NCBI GenBank assembly: GCA_963514005.1
Contig: OY740784.1
Location: forward strand, 22,506,001-22,570,000
Length of the DNA: 64,000 nt
Direction of reading: 5' to 3'
From: Raja brachyura
Lineage: Eukaryota
In this document: positions 12,411-24,709 of the stretch, in pieces
Layout of the letters: each line of letters starts with the position of its first letter
Numbering within the stretch: position 1 is the stretch's first letter
Program-made: the position numbers and the translations under genes
Notes under the pieces: generated by a model
Database searches by the model: none
Seen by the model: only the letters and a program-made list of their open reading frames with translations
What the model was told of the DNA's origin: nothing

Positions 12411-13915
12411 CAAGTCAAAGTCAAACAAGTCAATACATTGATATATGCAATTCCAAACGAAATTCCGTTGCATTTGGCTCCCTGTGCAACATGATAATTA
12501 ACAGAAGGATAAACATGGATAAAATGGATAAAAAGGATAAAAGGATAAATAGACAATGGTGGCAGCCCATTACATGGCATTCAGGAGTCTGATGGCTCGT
12601 GGGAAGAAGCTGTTGCAGAACCTTGATGTTCTGCTCCTTATGCTACGATATCGTTTGCCCGAGGGCAGCAGAGTGAACAGTCCGTGCTGGAGATGTGTGG
12701 GGTCTTTTATAATACTGCTGGCCTTAGACACGCAACGTTTGGTCGCAATATCCCAGATTGAGGGGGGAGAGGTCCCGATGATTTTTTCCGCTGTCCTCAC
12801 CACTCTCTGCACGGACTTCCAGTCAGAGGCTTTACAGTCCCCAAACCAGACAGAGATACAGCTGGTCAAAATACTCTCTATGGTGCCCCTGTAGAAAGTG
12901 GTGAGAATGGGATGGGGGTGGTGAGCTCTTCTCATCCGGCGCAGAAAGTGCAACCGCTGCTGCGCTCTCTTAACCGTTGATGAGATGTTATTCGACCAGG
13001 TCAGACTGTTAGTGATCTGCACCCCCAGGAACTTAGTGCTACTGACCACCTCCACATTGCTGTCATTGATGTGAAGTGGTGTGGGACTGTGCCAGTTTTT
13101 CCTGAAGTCGATGATGACCTCCTTTGTTTTTTCGACATTCAGGATCAGGTTGTTCGTATTGCACCAGTTCACCAGTTGTTTCACCTCCTCCCTGTAAGCC
13201 AGCTCATTGTCGTCCCGGATGAGGCCCACCACTGTTGTGTCATCTGCGTACTTCATGATGTGGTTTGTACTAAACCTGGCACAACAGTTGTGGGTCATCA
13301 GGGTAAACAGCAGTGGACTCAGAACACAGCCCTGAGGGGAGCCGGTGCTCAGAGAGATGGTGTTAGAGGTGTATTTTCCAACCCTCACAGACTGGGGTCT
13401 GTCAGTGAGGAAGTCCAGTAGCCAGTTACACATGGGGGTGCTGAGGCCCAATGGAACCAGTTTGCTTATCAGGTGCTGGGGGATAATTGTGTTGAATGCT
13501 GAACTGAAATCCACGAACAGCATTCGCACATAGGTGTTCTTCTCCTCTAAATGTTCCAGGCTCAGATGGAGTACGGAGGATATAGCGTCCTCTGTGGAGC
13601 GGTTTGGCCTGTAAGCAAACTGGTATGGCTCAAGTGTGGAGGGGAGTCTGGAGGTAATATGGTCCCTGACCAGCCTCTCGAAGCACTTCATCATTATAGG
13701 GGTGAGTGCTACAGGGCGGTAGTCGTTGAGACATTGTATGTTGGATTTTTTTGGCACTGGTATGATGGTGGCAGTCTTGAAACATAATGGGACGACAGCC
13801 TGGTTCAGCGAGGTGTTAAATATGTCCGTAAGGACATGTGCCAGCTGATCAGCACATTCCCTGAGCCACCCGCCCTGGTATGTTATCAGGGCCTGCCGCC
13901 TTTCGTGCGTTCACT
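12411..13915 (-). mobile_element. Rex1/Babar-clade LINE, 5'-truncated, with an uninterrupted RT ORF (13757-12570, 395 aa)
   Basis: [80 protein letters not shown]; (TTGAC)-like tail near 12411-12432. Confidence 0.92.
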
Positions 13916-14634
13916 CTATCTTTCTTTACTTTCAATATGGAACAAAAAACGTCTGGAAAATGAGAAACTGGTCTAACCTGTCCCAGAGTTTAAGTAATGC
14001 AGATAACATCTTGCTAACATTCTCACCAACATTTCAAATTAAAGGATACAAAAAGGGAATCGTAAACTGAGATCAGATTATAAAATCACAAATTATATAA
14101 CAATTCTTAAATGTAACAATAAAAACATGTTATGAAAGTGAGTCTTGGCAGCGCTGAAGAAACTGTGCTCCTTAAATGCATGATCTACTTTTGTCTTTAA
14201 AACCCCAGAGAGAAAAAAATCCAGTCCAGAAGTATTGGCCAGTGGCTCAGCAATGCACCTGAATTCTCTACTCCAAATAGGGATTTGCATCAGAGGATTA
14301 TGCGTCTATGGTCTGTGGTTTACAGCTCATTTAAAATAATGACATCCAGGATTAAAGAAACACGGGACTGCAATGGAACCTCTTACAAGTGCCACACTTC
14401 TCCTCGGACATTTATCCTCCCTAGAGATAAAACTCAGGAAAACTGACAATGAATATTCCTTTTCTCCAGGGATGTTGCCTGTCCCGCTGAATTACTCCAG
14501 AATTTTGTGTCTATCTTTGATTTAAACCAGCATCTCCAGTTCTTTCCTACACAATGAATATGTAGGCCCTACCCATTTTTACTATTTTAAACAAAACTTT
14601 GTGCTGGACAATAGGTGTCATTTTACTTCGGAGT

Positions 14635-15083
14635 AGGCCATTCGGCCCTTCGAGCCTGCACCGCCATTCAATATGATCATGGCTGATCATCCAACTCAGT
14701 ATCCCGTACCTGCCTTCTCTCCATACCCTCCGATCCCCTTAGCCACAAGGGCCACATCTAACTCCCTCTTAAATATAGCCAATGAACTGGCCTCAACTAC
14801 CCTCTGTAGCAGAGAGTTCCAGAGACCCACCACTCTGTGTGTGAAAAAAGTCCTTCTCATCTCAGTCCTAAAGGATTTCCCCCTTGTCCTGGACCTCCCC
14901 AACATCGGGAACAATCTTCCTGCATCAAGCCTGTCCAACCCCTTAAGAATTTTGTAAGTTTCTATAAGATCGCCTCTCAATCTCCTAAATTCTAGAGAGT
15001 ATAAACCAAGTCTATGCAGTCTTTGTTCATAAGACAGTCCTGACATCCCAGGAATCAGTCTGGTGAACCTTCTCTGCACTCCC
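14635..15083 (-). mobile_element. CR1/HER1-like LINE fragment inserted in the DIRS left terminus
   Basis: QRRFTRLIPGMSGLSYEQRLHRLGLYSLEFRRLRGDLIETYKIL; lacks the normal 3' tail. Confidence 0.92.
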
Positions 15084-15732
15084 TTCGTGAGTGACTACAT
15101 GAAGAAGACCCCGCCAGGCGCATGCTCGGCATTACGTCGACGCATGTGGCACCGACAGGGTGGAGAGCGCTGCTCCCACCAGCGGTAAGTTTAACCCACA
15201 GGTAAGTTACTGTTGAACTTTCTTGCGAGTGTTTTTAAACTCTGTAAGTCTGCAGAGCCAGCTAGCGTGTTCATGATTTTGGAAAAAAATTAAAAACTCT
15301 GTAAATCTGGCTCGAAATGCGGAGCCAGCTAGAGTATAAGTATTTTTAAACTACGGTAATTGAATGGAACGCGCTGGAACTGCATTCCGATTTAGATCGG
15401 ATCGGGAGATAGACTGCTTTAAAAGCCGGTTCCCGCTATTTACCACTATTTAGATCGGGTTTGGAGATAACAGCTGCGCTAAATGCCAGCTCCAAAAACC
15501 CACAATTTGTAAAATAAAGTCTGCTCTGAGTATATGTTACCAGATGCAGTTTTCCATTATGGAAATGTATATAACCCTGTGTGATACTGAGGTTAATACA
15601 AATATTCTGCAAGCAGAATGTGCCTGTCAGAATTACAATTTTAAACATATATGATTTATGCACAAATACAAAACAGTAAAGAAGTAACTCTCCTCCAAGG
15701 GAGGACAAGAATGTGGGAAGGCTGGAAATGGA

Positions 15733-16062
15733 GAAAATGCTCCACACTTGACTTAGTCAAGGGTTCTAAGACCTATGTATGTCTTCCTGTGAGGCACGCT
15801 CCAAAGGAGTTTCCATACGCTGAGTATGGTGCCTATGAAAATGGGATTCTGATTCTCCAATACCTTGGTTAGGTCTGGAGGAGGTCCCTAGAGCAAGATA
15901 AAATGCTCCAAACTCTAATCAGTCAAGGGTTCTAAAGACCCATGAGATTCTAAAGCAGGCTCTGTAGGAGTTTCCATTCACTGAGTATGGTGCCTATGAA
16001 GAATGAGAATCTCGTTCACCAGTGCCTTGCATAGGTCTGGATGAAGTCTCCCTAGAGCAAGA
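15733..16062 (+). repeat. Diverged ~165-bp tandem duplication inside the DIRS copy 2 gag region
   Basis: AAAATGCTCCA..AGTCAAGGGTTCTAA..GGAGTTTCCAT..CTGAGTATGGTGCCTATGAA..CCCTAGAGCAAGA occurs twice in succession. Confidence 0.8.
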
Positions 16063-18166
16063 CTCGGGAGTACCAGGGCAGGATGAAACTGACCCTGAAG
16101 CTGGTGTCCCTACTTATGTGTATACACCAGAGCCCAATAGAAATGCTCCGGGTGTTCCCGATGTAGCACCAAGTTTTGCTATATCGGTATGGACTGGTGA
16201 GGCTATGGATGAACCTGGCGGCCAACATTATTTGGTTTCTCACCTACTCCAAGAAACTGTTATGACTGAAACAGTAAAAAATATATAAAACACCCGTCTA
16301 TTGTGCCTCGCTCAGGGTGCCAACAGTAACTCAGTAATTGGGCACCCATGACTCAATGATGCGAGGACAGGAAATGTGTTCCAGTATGTCCTCTAGCCGA
16401 TATTCAGTTAGCATCATTGTATTTGGGAAAGACATACATGGGTCGATAATGTCCAATACTTTTGAGACATACTTGCTTTACTCTGCAATGCATATTCCAA
16501 CCCAATTGATGCAAATTGCCATTTGGCTAACATTATACCCAAAAAATGCAAGATTATGTGGGCAAGCTATAACCAGATTTATGATTGATGAAAAACTGCC
16601 CAAACAATTAAGGATATTTTCCTTATAAAACTTCTCATCCCTGCTTTGAGAAAACAAACAGGTTGAATACGAACACCTATATTAAGAGAAGGCATCTTCT
16701 GGTTCATTTACGGAAGTACAGAAACATCATTCCATCACACATGGAATTTCTGGGAAACAACCTCTGGTTGGTTGTAAGATTACAATTGTTTTGTAATTCT
16801 GCATTAAATCTGTTCGGCTTGGTGTTTGAATGTACCAGGAACTAGTCAGGTAGAGTTAATATATCTCAGACACAAGTATGAGGGTTGCAGAGTCATTCTG
16901 GGACTCACAAACTTAAATTTACAGTTCAGTATAGGCATTTAAAAAAGCACACTTCAACACTGTAATCAAGTTGTTATCACAAGGCTGCTATATGGCTATT
17001 ATTAGACCTTAAAAAGATGCCTTATTATTCAGGTACTTCAATTAATTGGATGGGTCAGCTGAAGGAATTACCTACTGGGTTAAATTCAGCCCTCAGATTG
17101 CTCACACAATTATTGAAACCAGCACTGGTGTTAATGAGGGCTCAGAATCACATTGTAATGACTTATCTAGAGGATATGTTAATTGTAAATGAGAGACAGC
17201 TGAAGAACTGGGTTCAGCAACCATAAGCCTATTGAAAGGCTAAGGTTTTGTATATCCAAACAACATGTAAGTTACAGGCATCCCAAACAATTGATTATTT
17301 GGGGTTTGTCTTTAATACAGTTGATATGTCAGTAACTTTATCAACAATTAAGGTTGGGGATGTTACAAATGCCTGTATTTGTCTTGGTAAAAAACATTAT
17401 CCCACCATCCAAGAAGTAGCTACGGTTACTGGTAAAGTGATAGCAGCATTCTTGCTGTCGAATTGGGACCTCTGCATGATCAAAGTCTGCAAAGACCAGA
17501 GTATAAGCGTAAAAAGCGTGCAGGTCATTAATTAGATCCATGCAGTTACCAACTAAAAAGGTTGAGCTGAATTGCAATGATGGATTCTCAATGTTGCACA
17601 AGTTACTATAAGTAAAAATGTGCTTGTTCAGCAGTCTTGAGTGTTATTACAGACTGTTGGGAGTGCTCTTGGATGGGGAGCCAAGGACAGGGACACCAGT
17701 TGTGGGGTCGATCGACTGTCCAAGACGATTTAATTCTCCAAACACATGGTATGAATGATTTGGAGTTATTGGGGGTGTTTTTATGCATTGATAGCTGTTT
17801 GTTCTACAATAAAGAACTTACATGGTCAATTACGAGTAGACAATACCACAACTGTGGGAGAAGACAATATTGTGGTAATACAACAGATCATGAAAGTTAA
17901 ATTACAATACAGAATGAATGTTAAAATTCAAAAAGTTTCAAATAGATTGTCAGACAGTATACTTGTACCAAATGTTGATCTGTTGTGTCTGGAATAAATC
18001 TACAGTGGTCTAAATGTGTCTCGTGGGAGCCAGATCCAGGAGCATTAGTGGTGGATGCATTCTTGCTACATTGGGGAAGTATAGTCTTTTATGTTTTCCC
18101 CATTTTTGCCATTTTACCAAAATAGAGCAAGTCTCCGCCACAGGTGTTTGGTGGTTCCAAACTGGT

Positions 18167-18253
18167 ATTGCTTCTCAGCTTTTTGGCTAAGATCAAGATA
18201 GTATTTATTCTTATCAGTTAAATATCTGATACGTCCCTTATCTAGGGACCATT
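18167..18253 (+). pseudogene. RNU2: U2 snRNA 5' fragment (retrocopy)
   Basis: ATTGCTTCTCAGCTTTTTGGCTAAGATCAAGATAGTATTTATTCTTATCAGTTAAATATCTGATACGTCCC.. aligns to the U2 5' end (ATCGCTTCTCGGCCTTTTGGCTAAGATCAAGTGTAGTATCTGTTCTTATCAGTTTAATATCTGATACGTCC); branch-point recognition motif mutated, no Sm site. Confidence 0.92.
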
Positions 18254-20569
18254 ACTACACAGCCATTGTTCCCTTTGATGCTCAGAATGATGATTCATGA
18301 CAAATCTCAGGTGCAGTAATTGTTGGTACATTCAATAACAGCAGAAGTCATCCATTACATGACCGTATTAATTGTTAATCTGCAGGTTCTGATGGAATGT
18401 CGGATAGGACCATTGATGTCATAACTGCAGCTTGGAGAGATAGCACTAAGAAACAATATATGTTTCATATAAGGAATGGGAAATCTTTTGTATACAGCCA
18501 GATATATTTTATCATACTGCAAACATATTGGATGGATTGGAGTTCCTTGCTATGTTGCACCTGAGTTATAGTACCATGAATGGAGCTCGGAATGTTTTGT
18601 CCTCCTATTTAGGACAATTTCAGAACGACAATTTATCGGGTCTCATCCGTTTATATCCCGATTTATGAGAGGAATTTTGATAAAATCCTACCAAACCCAG
18701 ATATACAGAAATCTGGGATGTCAGTATAGTTTTCACATTATTCGGCAATGGACTCCAATTACGTCACTGTCTTTTCAGAAGTTAATATTTAAAATGGTTA
18801 TGCTCATGCCATTAATATCAGCACAATGAGTACAAACATTACAAATGTTGTGGTTAGATTGTATGCAGTTGGCTGTAGATAAAGTAACGTTTTATGTCAA
18901 TGATCTAAGCAAGCAAAGCAAGCCAAGAAAGGCTGGAACCAATGTAATTTTAAGACATACTCTGTCAATTAAACATTGTGTGTGGTTAAGCATCTGACTT
19001 AATATATATTGAATTAAGAGTCTCCGAGATTGTGAGACACCAATGTTCATTACCCACAAGAAACATATAAAAAGTGACAGTACAAACTATTCTAGATGGA
19101 TAAACAGGTTCTGGATTAACTGGAGTAGACACTGATGTGTTAAATCTCACTCCACATGGGCGATATCAATGTCCGCAGCAAAGGTGCAGGACATGCCGCT
19201 CGACCAAATTTTGGAGAGCGCAGGATGGTATAAAGAAGAAACGTTCCTAGATTTATGATAAACCTGTTATTACAGTGCCAGGGTTGCACATGCTGTGTTG
19301 GGTTCTGTTCAAAATTGTTTGCTTTGTTGCATATCATTTTTTGTTATTTCCCCTGGGATAGAGGGGTTATTATTTTTCTTTTTATTATTATTAAAATATT
19401 TATTACATAATTTCAAGCAATATATATTATTTACTCACTACTGTTTAAACTGAAGCAGTGTGTCGTATGGAATGATCTAATCTTCACGTAGTCACTCACG
19501 TGACTCCGAAGTAAAATAGTAAGATTGAACGAGCTTACCTGTTCAAAGTTTGATCTTTATTTTATGAGGAGTTATGATGAGGGATTACGTGCCCTCCACT
19601 CCCGACCCTCATAATCTAAAAGATCATCTGGTAGTTCTAGTCTTGTGTGAGCCTTACTATCTTACTTCGGCTATTGGTTCTGTGTTTTTCACGCCGCTGC
19701 TTTGAAGTATGCCGAGCATGCGCCTGGCAGGGTCTTCTTCACGTAATCCCTCATCGTAACTCCTCATAAAATAAAGATCAGACTTCAAACAGGTAAGTTC
19801 TCGTTTAATCTTACTATTACATTTTAAAGTAAAATATTCTGTACAAAATCCTCTGACATGGGAAATTTGTGTTTCGGCACTGATCAAATGCAGGTGTTTG
19901 TTATCTGTTAGGAACGGATTTCAACTATAAATTCAGTATTTGACTCACTGCTGTAAACACCTACTGCAATTTACATGGTTTTTATTTATTAATATTAATT
20001 AATAACTAAAATTAAAATTATTGTAGGAATTGCTAGATTATGTAAGTGATATCTTTCCCTTCTAAAGATATTTTTGGTTTCTTTCTGGAACGCAATTCCC
20101 TTAATGGCGTTAATGGAACAGCTGTCGTGTTGATGCACTACTCATGGACTTTTAAAAATAACAACTCACAAAAAGAAATGGATTACAAACAAACTGCAAA
20201 GAGAGTGATTGCAAAAATAGAATCCTGAAGGTAAACTAGGGCAGGTTCCTCACCGACAGAGAGCGGAATGTTGTTTGGCTGGTCCAGAAAGGAGATGAAA
20301 TGCAAGAAGATTTATTTGTGTGATTGCAGAGATGTTTAAATCCTGGCAGGTTCAATACGGCATGTGGAAGTAACATTAATCCATCACCGCACTGATCACT
20401 CAGGAATAAATGCTGGGTAAAGCAAAAAGTGGGAGAGAACGTAAAACATTGTTTAAAAACTGAGATAGAAACTGGAAGTGATCAGCAGGTCAGTTGGAGA
20501 CCATGAAGAAAGAAACAAGTTGGTTACCCAGCATTGACGATCTTTCATCAGAACAGAATTGTTGGAGTT

Positions 20570-21050
20570 ACGATACGATACGATAGAACATTATTTATCC
20601 CAGGATGGAAATTGATCTGCCAACAGTCATAAAACACAAGATACATGAAACATGAAATTAAAGTGACGAGTGGAAAGGATTGGGGATGTGGAAGGATTGG
20701 GGAGGGGATGTCAGTCTACCACATTTCAGAAGGGGGTGGTTGTACTGTTTGATAAGGAAGAAGGATCTCCTGTGGCGTTCTGTGCTGCATCTTGGTGAAA
20801 TCAGTCTGTTGCTGAAGATACTCCTCAGTTGACTAGTGTGTCATGGAGGAGTTGACCTGTAATGTCCAAGATGTTCTGTAGTTTTAGGATCATCCTCCTC
20901 TCCAGGACCACCTCCCATGAATCCAACTCCGTCCCCAGGCTGGAGCCAGCCCTCCTGATGAGTTTGTTAACCCTGTTGTCATCTGTGGCCTTCACCCTGC
21001 TGCCCCAGCACACAACAGTGAAGAAGATGGCACTGGCTACCATCTATTGG
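20570..21050 (-). mobile_element. Rex1-like LINE 3' fragment
   Basis: VASAIFFTVVCWGS...NKLIRRAGS...HDTL typical of the Rex1 C-terminus; (TCGTA)n tail at 20570-20585. Confidence 0.75.
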
Positions 21051-21392
21051 CAGCATCTGACTGCAAACGGTGAGGTTGTAAGCGGCACTATGGACAGCAG
21101 TAACTTGATTGTGAATCAGCCCACGGAAACTCAGTTTCACACAAAGTTGAAGTCAATGTGCTATTAATGAGATGTTCAAAATCTACTTCAACAGGTCTTT
21201 CCTTTGTCAGCTTTGCCATGAAAGATTATGTGGAGGAATATGACAAAATCCAGGGATGGGGTGAGTCACGCGCAGATTGACAGGGCACTTGGAAAATAAT
21301 TGGTTTATTTAAAGTCAACCCACTATGACACTATATAACACTGTGATTCTTCAACTCCTCATCACTGCTAAAGTTCTTCTGTCCTCTCTCTC

Positions 21393-21468
21393 GTGTCTGT
21401 GTGTGTCTGTGTGTGTCTGTGTGTGTCTGTGTGTGTCTGTCTGTATGTGTCTGTGTGTGTCTGTGTCT
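21393..21468. repeat. (GTGTGTGTCT)n microsatellite
   Basis: Direct reading. Confidence 0.95.
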
Positions 21469-22430
21469 ACTTCACCATTCAATCATGGATGATCTCTCCC
21501 TCCTAACCCCTATCTCTCCCTCCTAACCCCATTTTCCTGCCTTCTCTCCATCACCCCTGCCACCTGTACTAATCAAGAATCTGTCAATCTCTGCCTTTAA
21601 AATATCCATTGAAAAGTTACGATTGCACATTCAGATTTTTTGCATCTGCAGGTGTTTGTTTATTTATCATCGTGCATGCTCTTTCCTCCTTTGCCCCTCT
21701 CAATTCTAAAGGTACTAGTTGTAATTTTTTGTTTTTAAATCAGATTCCAGAAATAAAAGCAGAAATTGCTAGAAAGACTTGGCACGTCAGACCGTATCTA
21801 TGGAAGGAGTTAATTTTTTAAGTCCAAGAAGATCTTGGGCCTGAACATTAACTCAGTCTTTCCATGAAGGTGCCTGACCTGCTGAGTTGGAGAGTATTTC
21901 TTGTAATTTCTGTTTTATTTCAAACTTTACTCCTCCCTCTGATCAGACACTGATTTACCTTCAAGTCGTTGTTTGAAGGCCACTGGATAGATAATAACTT
22001 GATGAACTTCAGGCAGTGTTATACCACACAGCAACAACGTCAACATAAACAATGGACCATCACAGAATGAAGAAGCAAGGAACTGCAAATGGGGGGGGGG
22101 GGGGGGGGGGGGGGAAGAAGGGAAAGGAAAGAGTTTGATAGTTACCTAAAATTGAAGAATTCAATGTTCATACCCTTGGGTGGTAAGCTACCCAAGCGGA
22201 CTATGAGGTGCTGTTCCTCAAACCTATGAGGTTTGCGTGTGGAATCATTCTGGCAATGGAGACTGCCAAAGACAGAAAGGTCAGTGTGGGAATGGGAAGA
22301 GGAGTTTAAATGGTTAACAACTGGGAGATCCAGTGGATGTTGGCCAGCACTGCATACCTGACGTTATACTGAAGATTTATGCTTTCTTTTGTACTGGAGT
22401 TTACTGGCTGCAGAAATCCCTTTTGCAGGG

Positions 22431-22979
22431 CGTCACGGTGGCGCAGTGGTAGAACTACTGCCTTACAGTGTCAGCGATCTGGGTTCAATCCTGACTATGG
22501 GTGCTGTCCGTTACGGAGTTTGTACGTTCTCCCCATGACCTGCGTGGATTTTCTCCTAGATCTTCGGTTTCCTCCCACACTCCAAAGACGCCCGATGTTG
22601 GGGGAGTCCAGAACCAGGGGCCACAGTTTAAGAATAAGGAGTAAGCCATTTAGAACGGAGACGAGGAAACACTTTTTCTCACAGAGAGTGGTGAGTCTGT
22701 GGAATTCTCTGCCTCAGAGGGTGGTGGAGACAGGTTCTCTGGATGCTTTCATGAGAGAACTAGATAGGGCTCTTGAAAGCAGTGGAGTCAGGGGATATGG
22801 GGAGAAGGCAGGAACGGGTTACTGATTAGGGATGATCAGCCATGATCACATTGAATGGCGGTGCTGGCTCGAAGGGCCGAATGGCCTACTCCTGCACCTA
22901 TTGTCTATTGACGTACAGGTTTGTAGATGAATGGACTTGGTATAAATGTAAATGGTCCCTAGTGTCGAGGATAGTGTTA
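22431..22979 (+). mobile_element. HE1-like V-SINE interrupted by a CR1/HER1 3' fragment (22591-22909, GACG duplication) and then by a MITE at 22980
   Basis: A-box TGGCGCAGTGG, B-box GTTCAATCC, V-domain; SINE resumes at GACGTACAGGTTTGTAG. Confidence 0.88.
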
Positions 22980-23150
22980 AGGGCCTGTCCCACTTACACG
23001 ATTTTTCCGGCAACTTGCCGGTACATGTCATAGTCGCAGCAGGTCACCAACAATTTTCAAAATGTTGAAAATACAGTGGCGACCAGAAAAAAGTACGACT
23101 CTTTGAGCGACTACTCATGACCATACAGGTGTCACCCCACGACAGGCACA
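22980..23150. mobile_element. Harbinger/PIF-like MITE, truncated
   Basis: TTA followed by TIR AGGGCCTGTCCCACTT; interior resembles the MITE at 25185-25403. Confidence 0.7.
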
Positions 23151-23913
23151 AAAACATAGTGAGTTCAAGTTAACTTGCCTCAGATATCATCACTCTTACC
23201 ATTGACCAGATTGTTGTGGATTCAAGCTATGTATTTTGACGTGCAAAGCTTACATTGACCCTGCAGGGCAGTGTAACATTGCCTTGCATCAGTGGAGGTT
23301 CTGGGATTTAATGAAAACACTAATGAAAAGTAACTTAACTAATCATTCCATTTAATGTTGCTTGGGGAACCTTTATGTTTGTAAAACAGCTGTGGTATTT
23401 ATCTACATAACAACAGTTGTTATAATTGTTATCAATGAATTGCCAGTCTCCATGCAAAAGTGACAAATAACATGCAATCTTTCAGAGGCATTCAAATATT
23501 GGCAATATGTGGTTGCAGTGAGATAAAAGACTGTTAATATGAGATAAAACACTCACTTACAGCTTAGCGCTGCCAGCCTGTTGTTTAACAGTACCCTGTC
23601 AGAAACATTATTCCATTCGAAATAATTTGTAAAAGGTGGCGTTAATGTTTGATATATTTTCAAGATGAAATGCATACTTTAAAATATTTTATATATTCTA
23701 ATTTTCAATGCCAATATCACTGTTCTCCACTTGCAAAGCCCAGCGTAAATCCTGTACAACTTTATCTGGTCTGAGTAGGGTCCAGACCTGAAATGTCGCC
23801 TGTCCATTTCCGCCAGAGATGCTGCCTGGCCCATTGAGTCACTCCAGCACTTTGCTTTTCACTGAAAATTCCAACTTCCGCAGTTCCATGTGTCTCTCTT
23901 TATCTAAGTAAAA

Positions 23914-24113
23914 NNNNNNNNNNNNNNNNNNNNNNNNNNNNNNNNNNNNNNNNNNNNNNNNNNNNNNNNNNNNNNNNNNNNNNNNNNNNNNNNNNNNNNN
24001 NNNNNNNNNNNNNNNNNNNNNNNNNNNNNNNNNNNNNNNNNNNNNNNNNNNNNNNNNNNNNNNNNNNNNNNNNNNNNNNNNNNNNNNNNNNNNNNNNNNN
24101 NNNNNNNNNNNNN
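23914..24113. other. Assembly gap (200 N)
   Basis: Run of n. Confidence 1.
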
Positions 24114-24709
24114 GGAAAGACCAAAAAAAATGAGATTGGAAGCAGTTCTTGACCCATGATGAGAACCAGAAACGGCTCATTGTACTTCTTCTTGATGTGT
24201 GGAGTGAGCATGACTGGGCAAAGAGGCTACACGGAAGGAAGGTGATCTTCATTAAGGAAGGACAGGCCACACTTCTTACTTCTCAGAATGGGAAAGAGAC
24301 ACTGCCGTCTGAGATTCAATCCCTGAAGTCAAACCAAGAAGAAACAGACTTGCGAGTCATCCTATACTGCAACTATGACAAAGAGCAAGGATATGACCAC
24401 GTACAAGTCAAAAGCCCAGACAGTGATATCTTTTTCATATTGTTTGACTGTGCAAACAGCATTCAAGACACCACAGTGTTCTTTGACACAGGGAGAGGCC
24501 ACAGGCAAAGGCTAATAGATGTCACCCATTTTTCAAAGCAGTCCTCCTCAGAATACTGCTCAGCATTACTTGGACTGCATGCGTTCTCAGGCTGTGACTC
24601 AACAAGTGCCTTCAAAGGAATTGGCAAAGTCAAGCCAATCAAACTGGTGCAACAGCGTAACAAATTTGTGAAACCTCTGGCAGATCTTGGTGATTTTCAC
24701 AAGAGTTGA
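24114..24709 (+). pseudogene. Fragment of a FEN1/XPG-like (PIN + H3TH) nuclease ORF, probably transposon-borne
   Basis: QEETDLRVILY (E-E-x-D), SPDSDIF (D-x-D), DTG, HAFSGCDSTSAFKGIGK (GCD..GIG H3TH); intronless and truncated. Confidence 0.7.

Larger units (their letters stand above)
14620..19818 (+). mobile_element. DIRS1-like retrotransposon, copy 2 (both ends present, heavily degenerate)
   Basis: Left end ATT-TTACTTCGGAGT..CGTGAGTGACTACATGAAGAAGACCCCGCCAGGCGCATGCTCGGC; right ITR GCCGAGCATGCGCCTGGCAGGGTCTTCTTCACGTA; ICR 19482-19591; right end CTTACT-ATT; frameshifted RT (LPTGLNSALR, TYLED, IDYLGF), RNase H (RVDNTT), MT and YR remnants. Confidence 0.9.

Noticed and set aside
12556-13787. Plus-strand ORFs overlapping Rex1
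   Set aside because: Antisense shadows of the RT reading frame.
22431-22503. tRNA gene
   Set aside because: The A and B boxes belong to a SINE head that continues into a V-domain, and no proper cloverleaf is evident.
23839-24270. ORFs spanning the N run
   Set aside because: Artefacts of the assembly gap.
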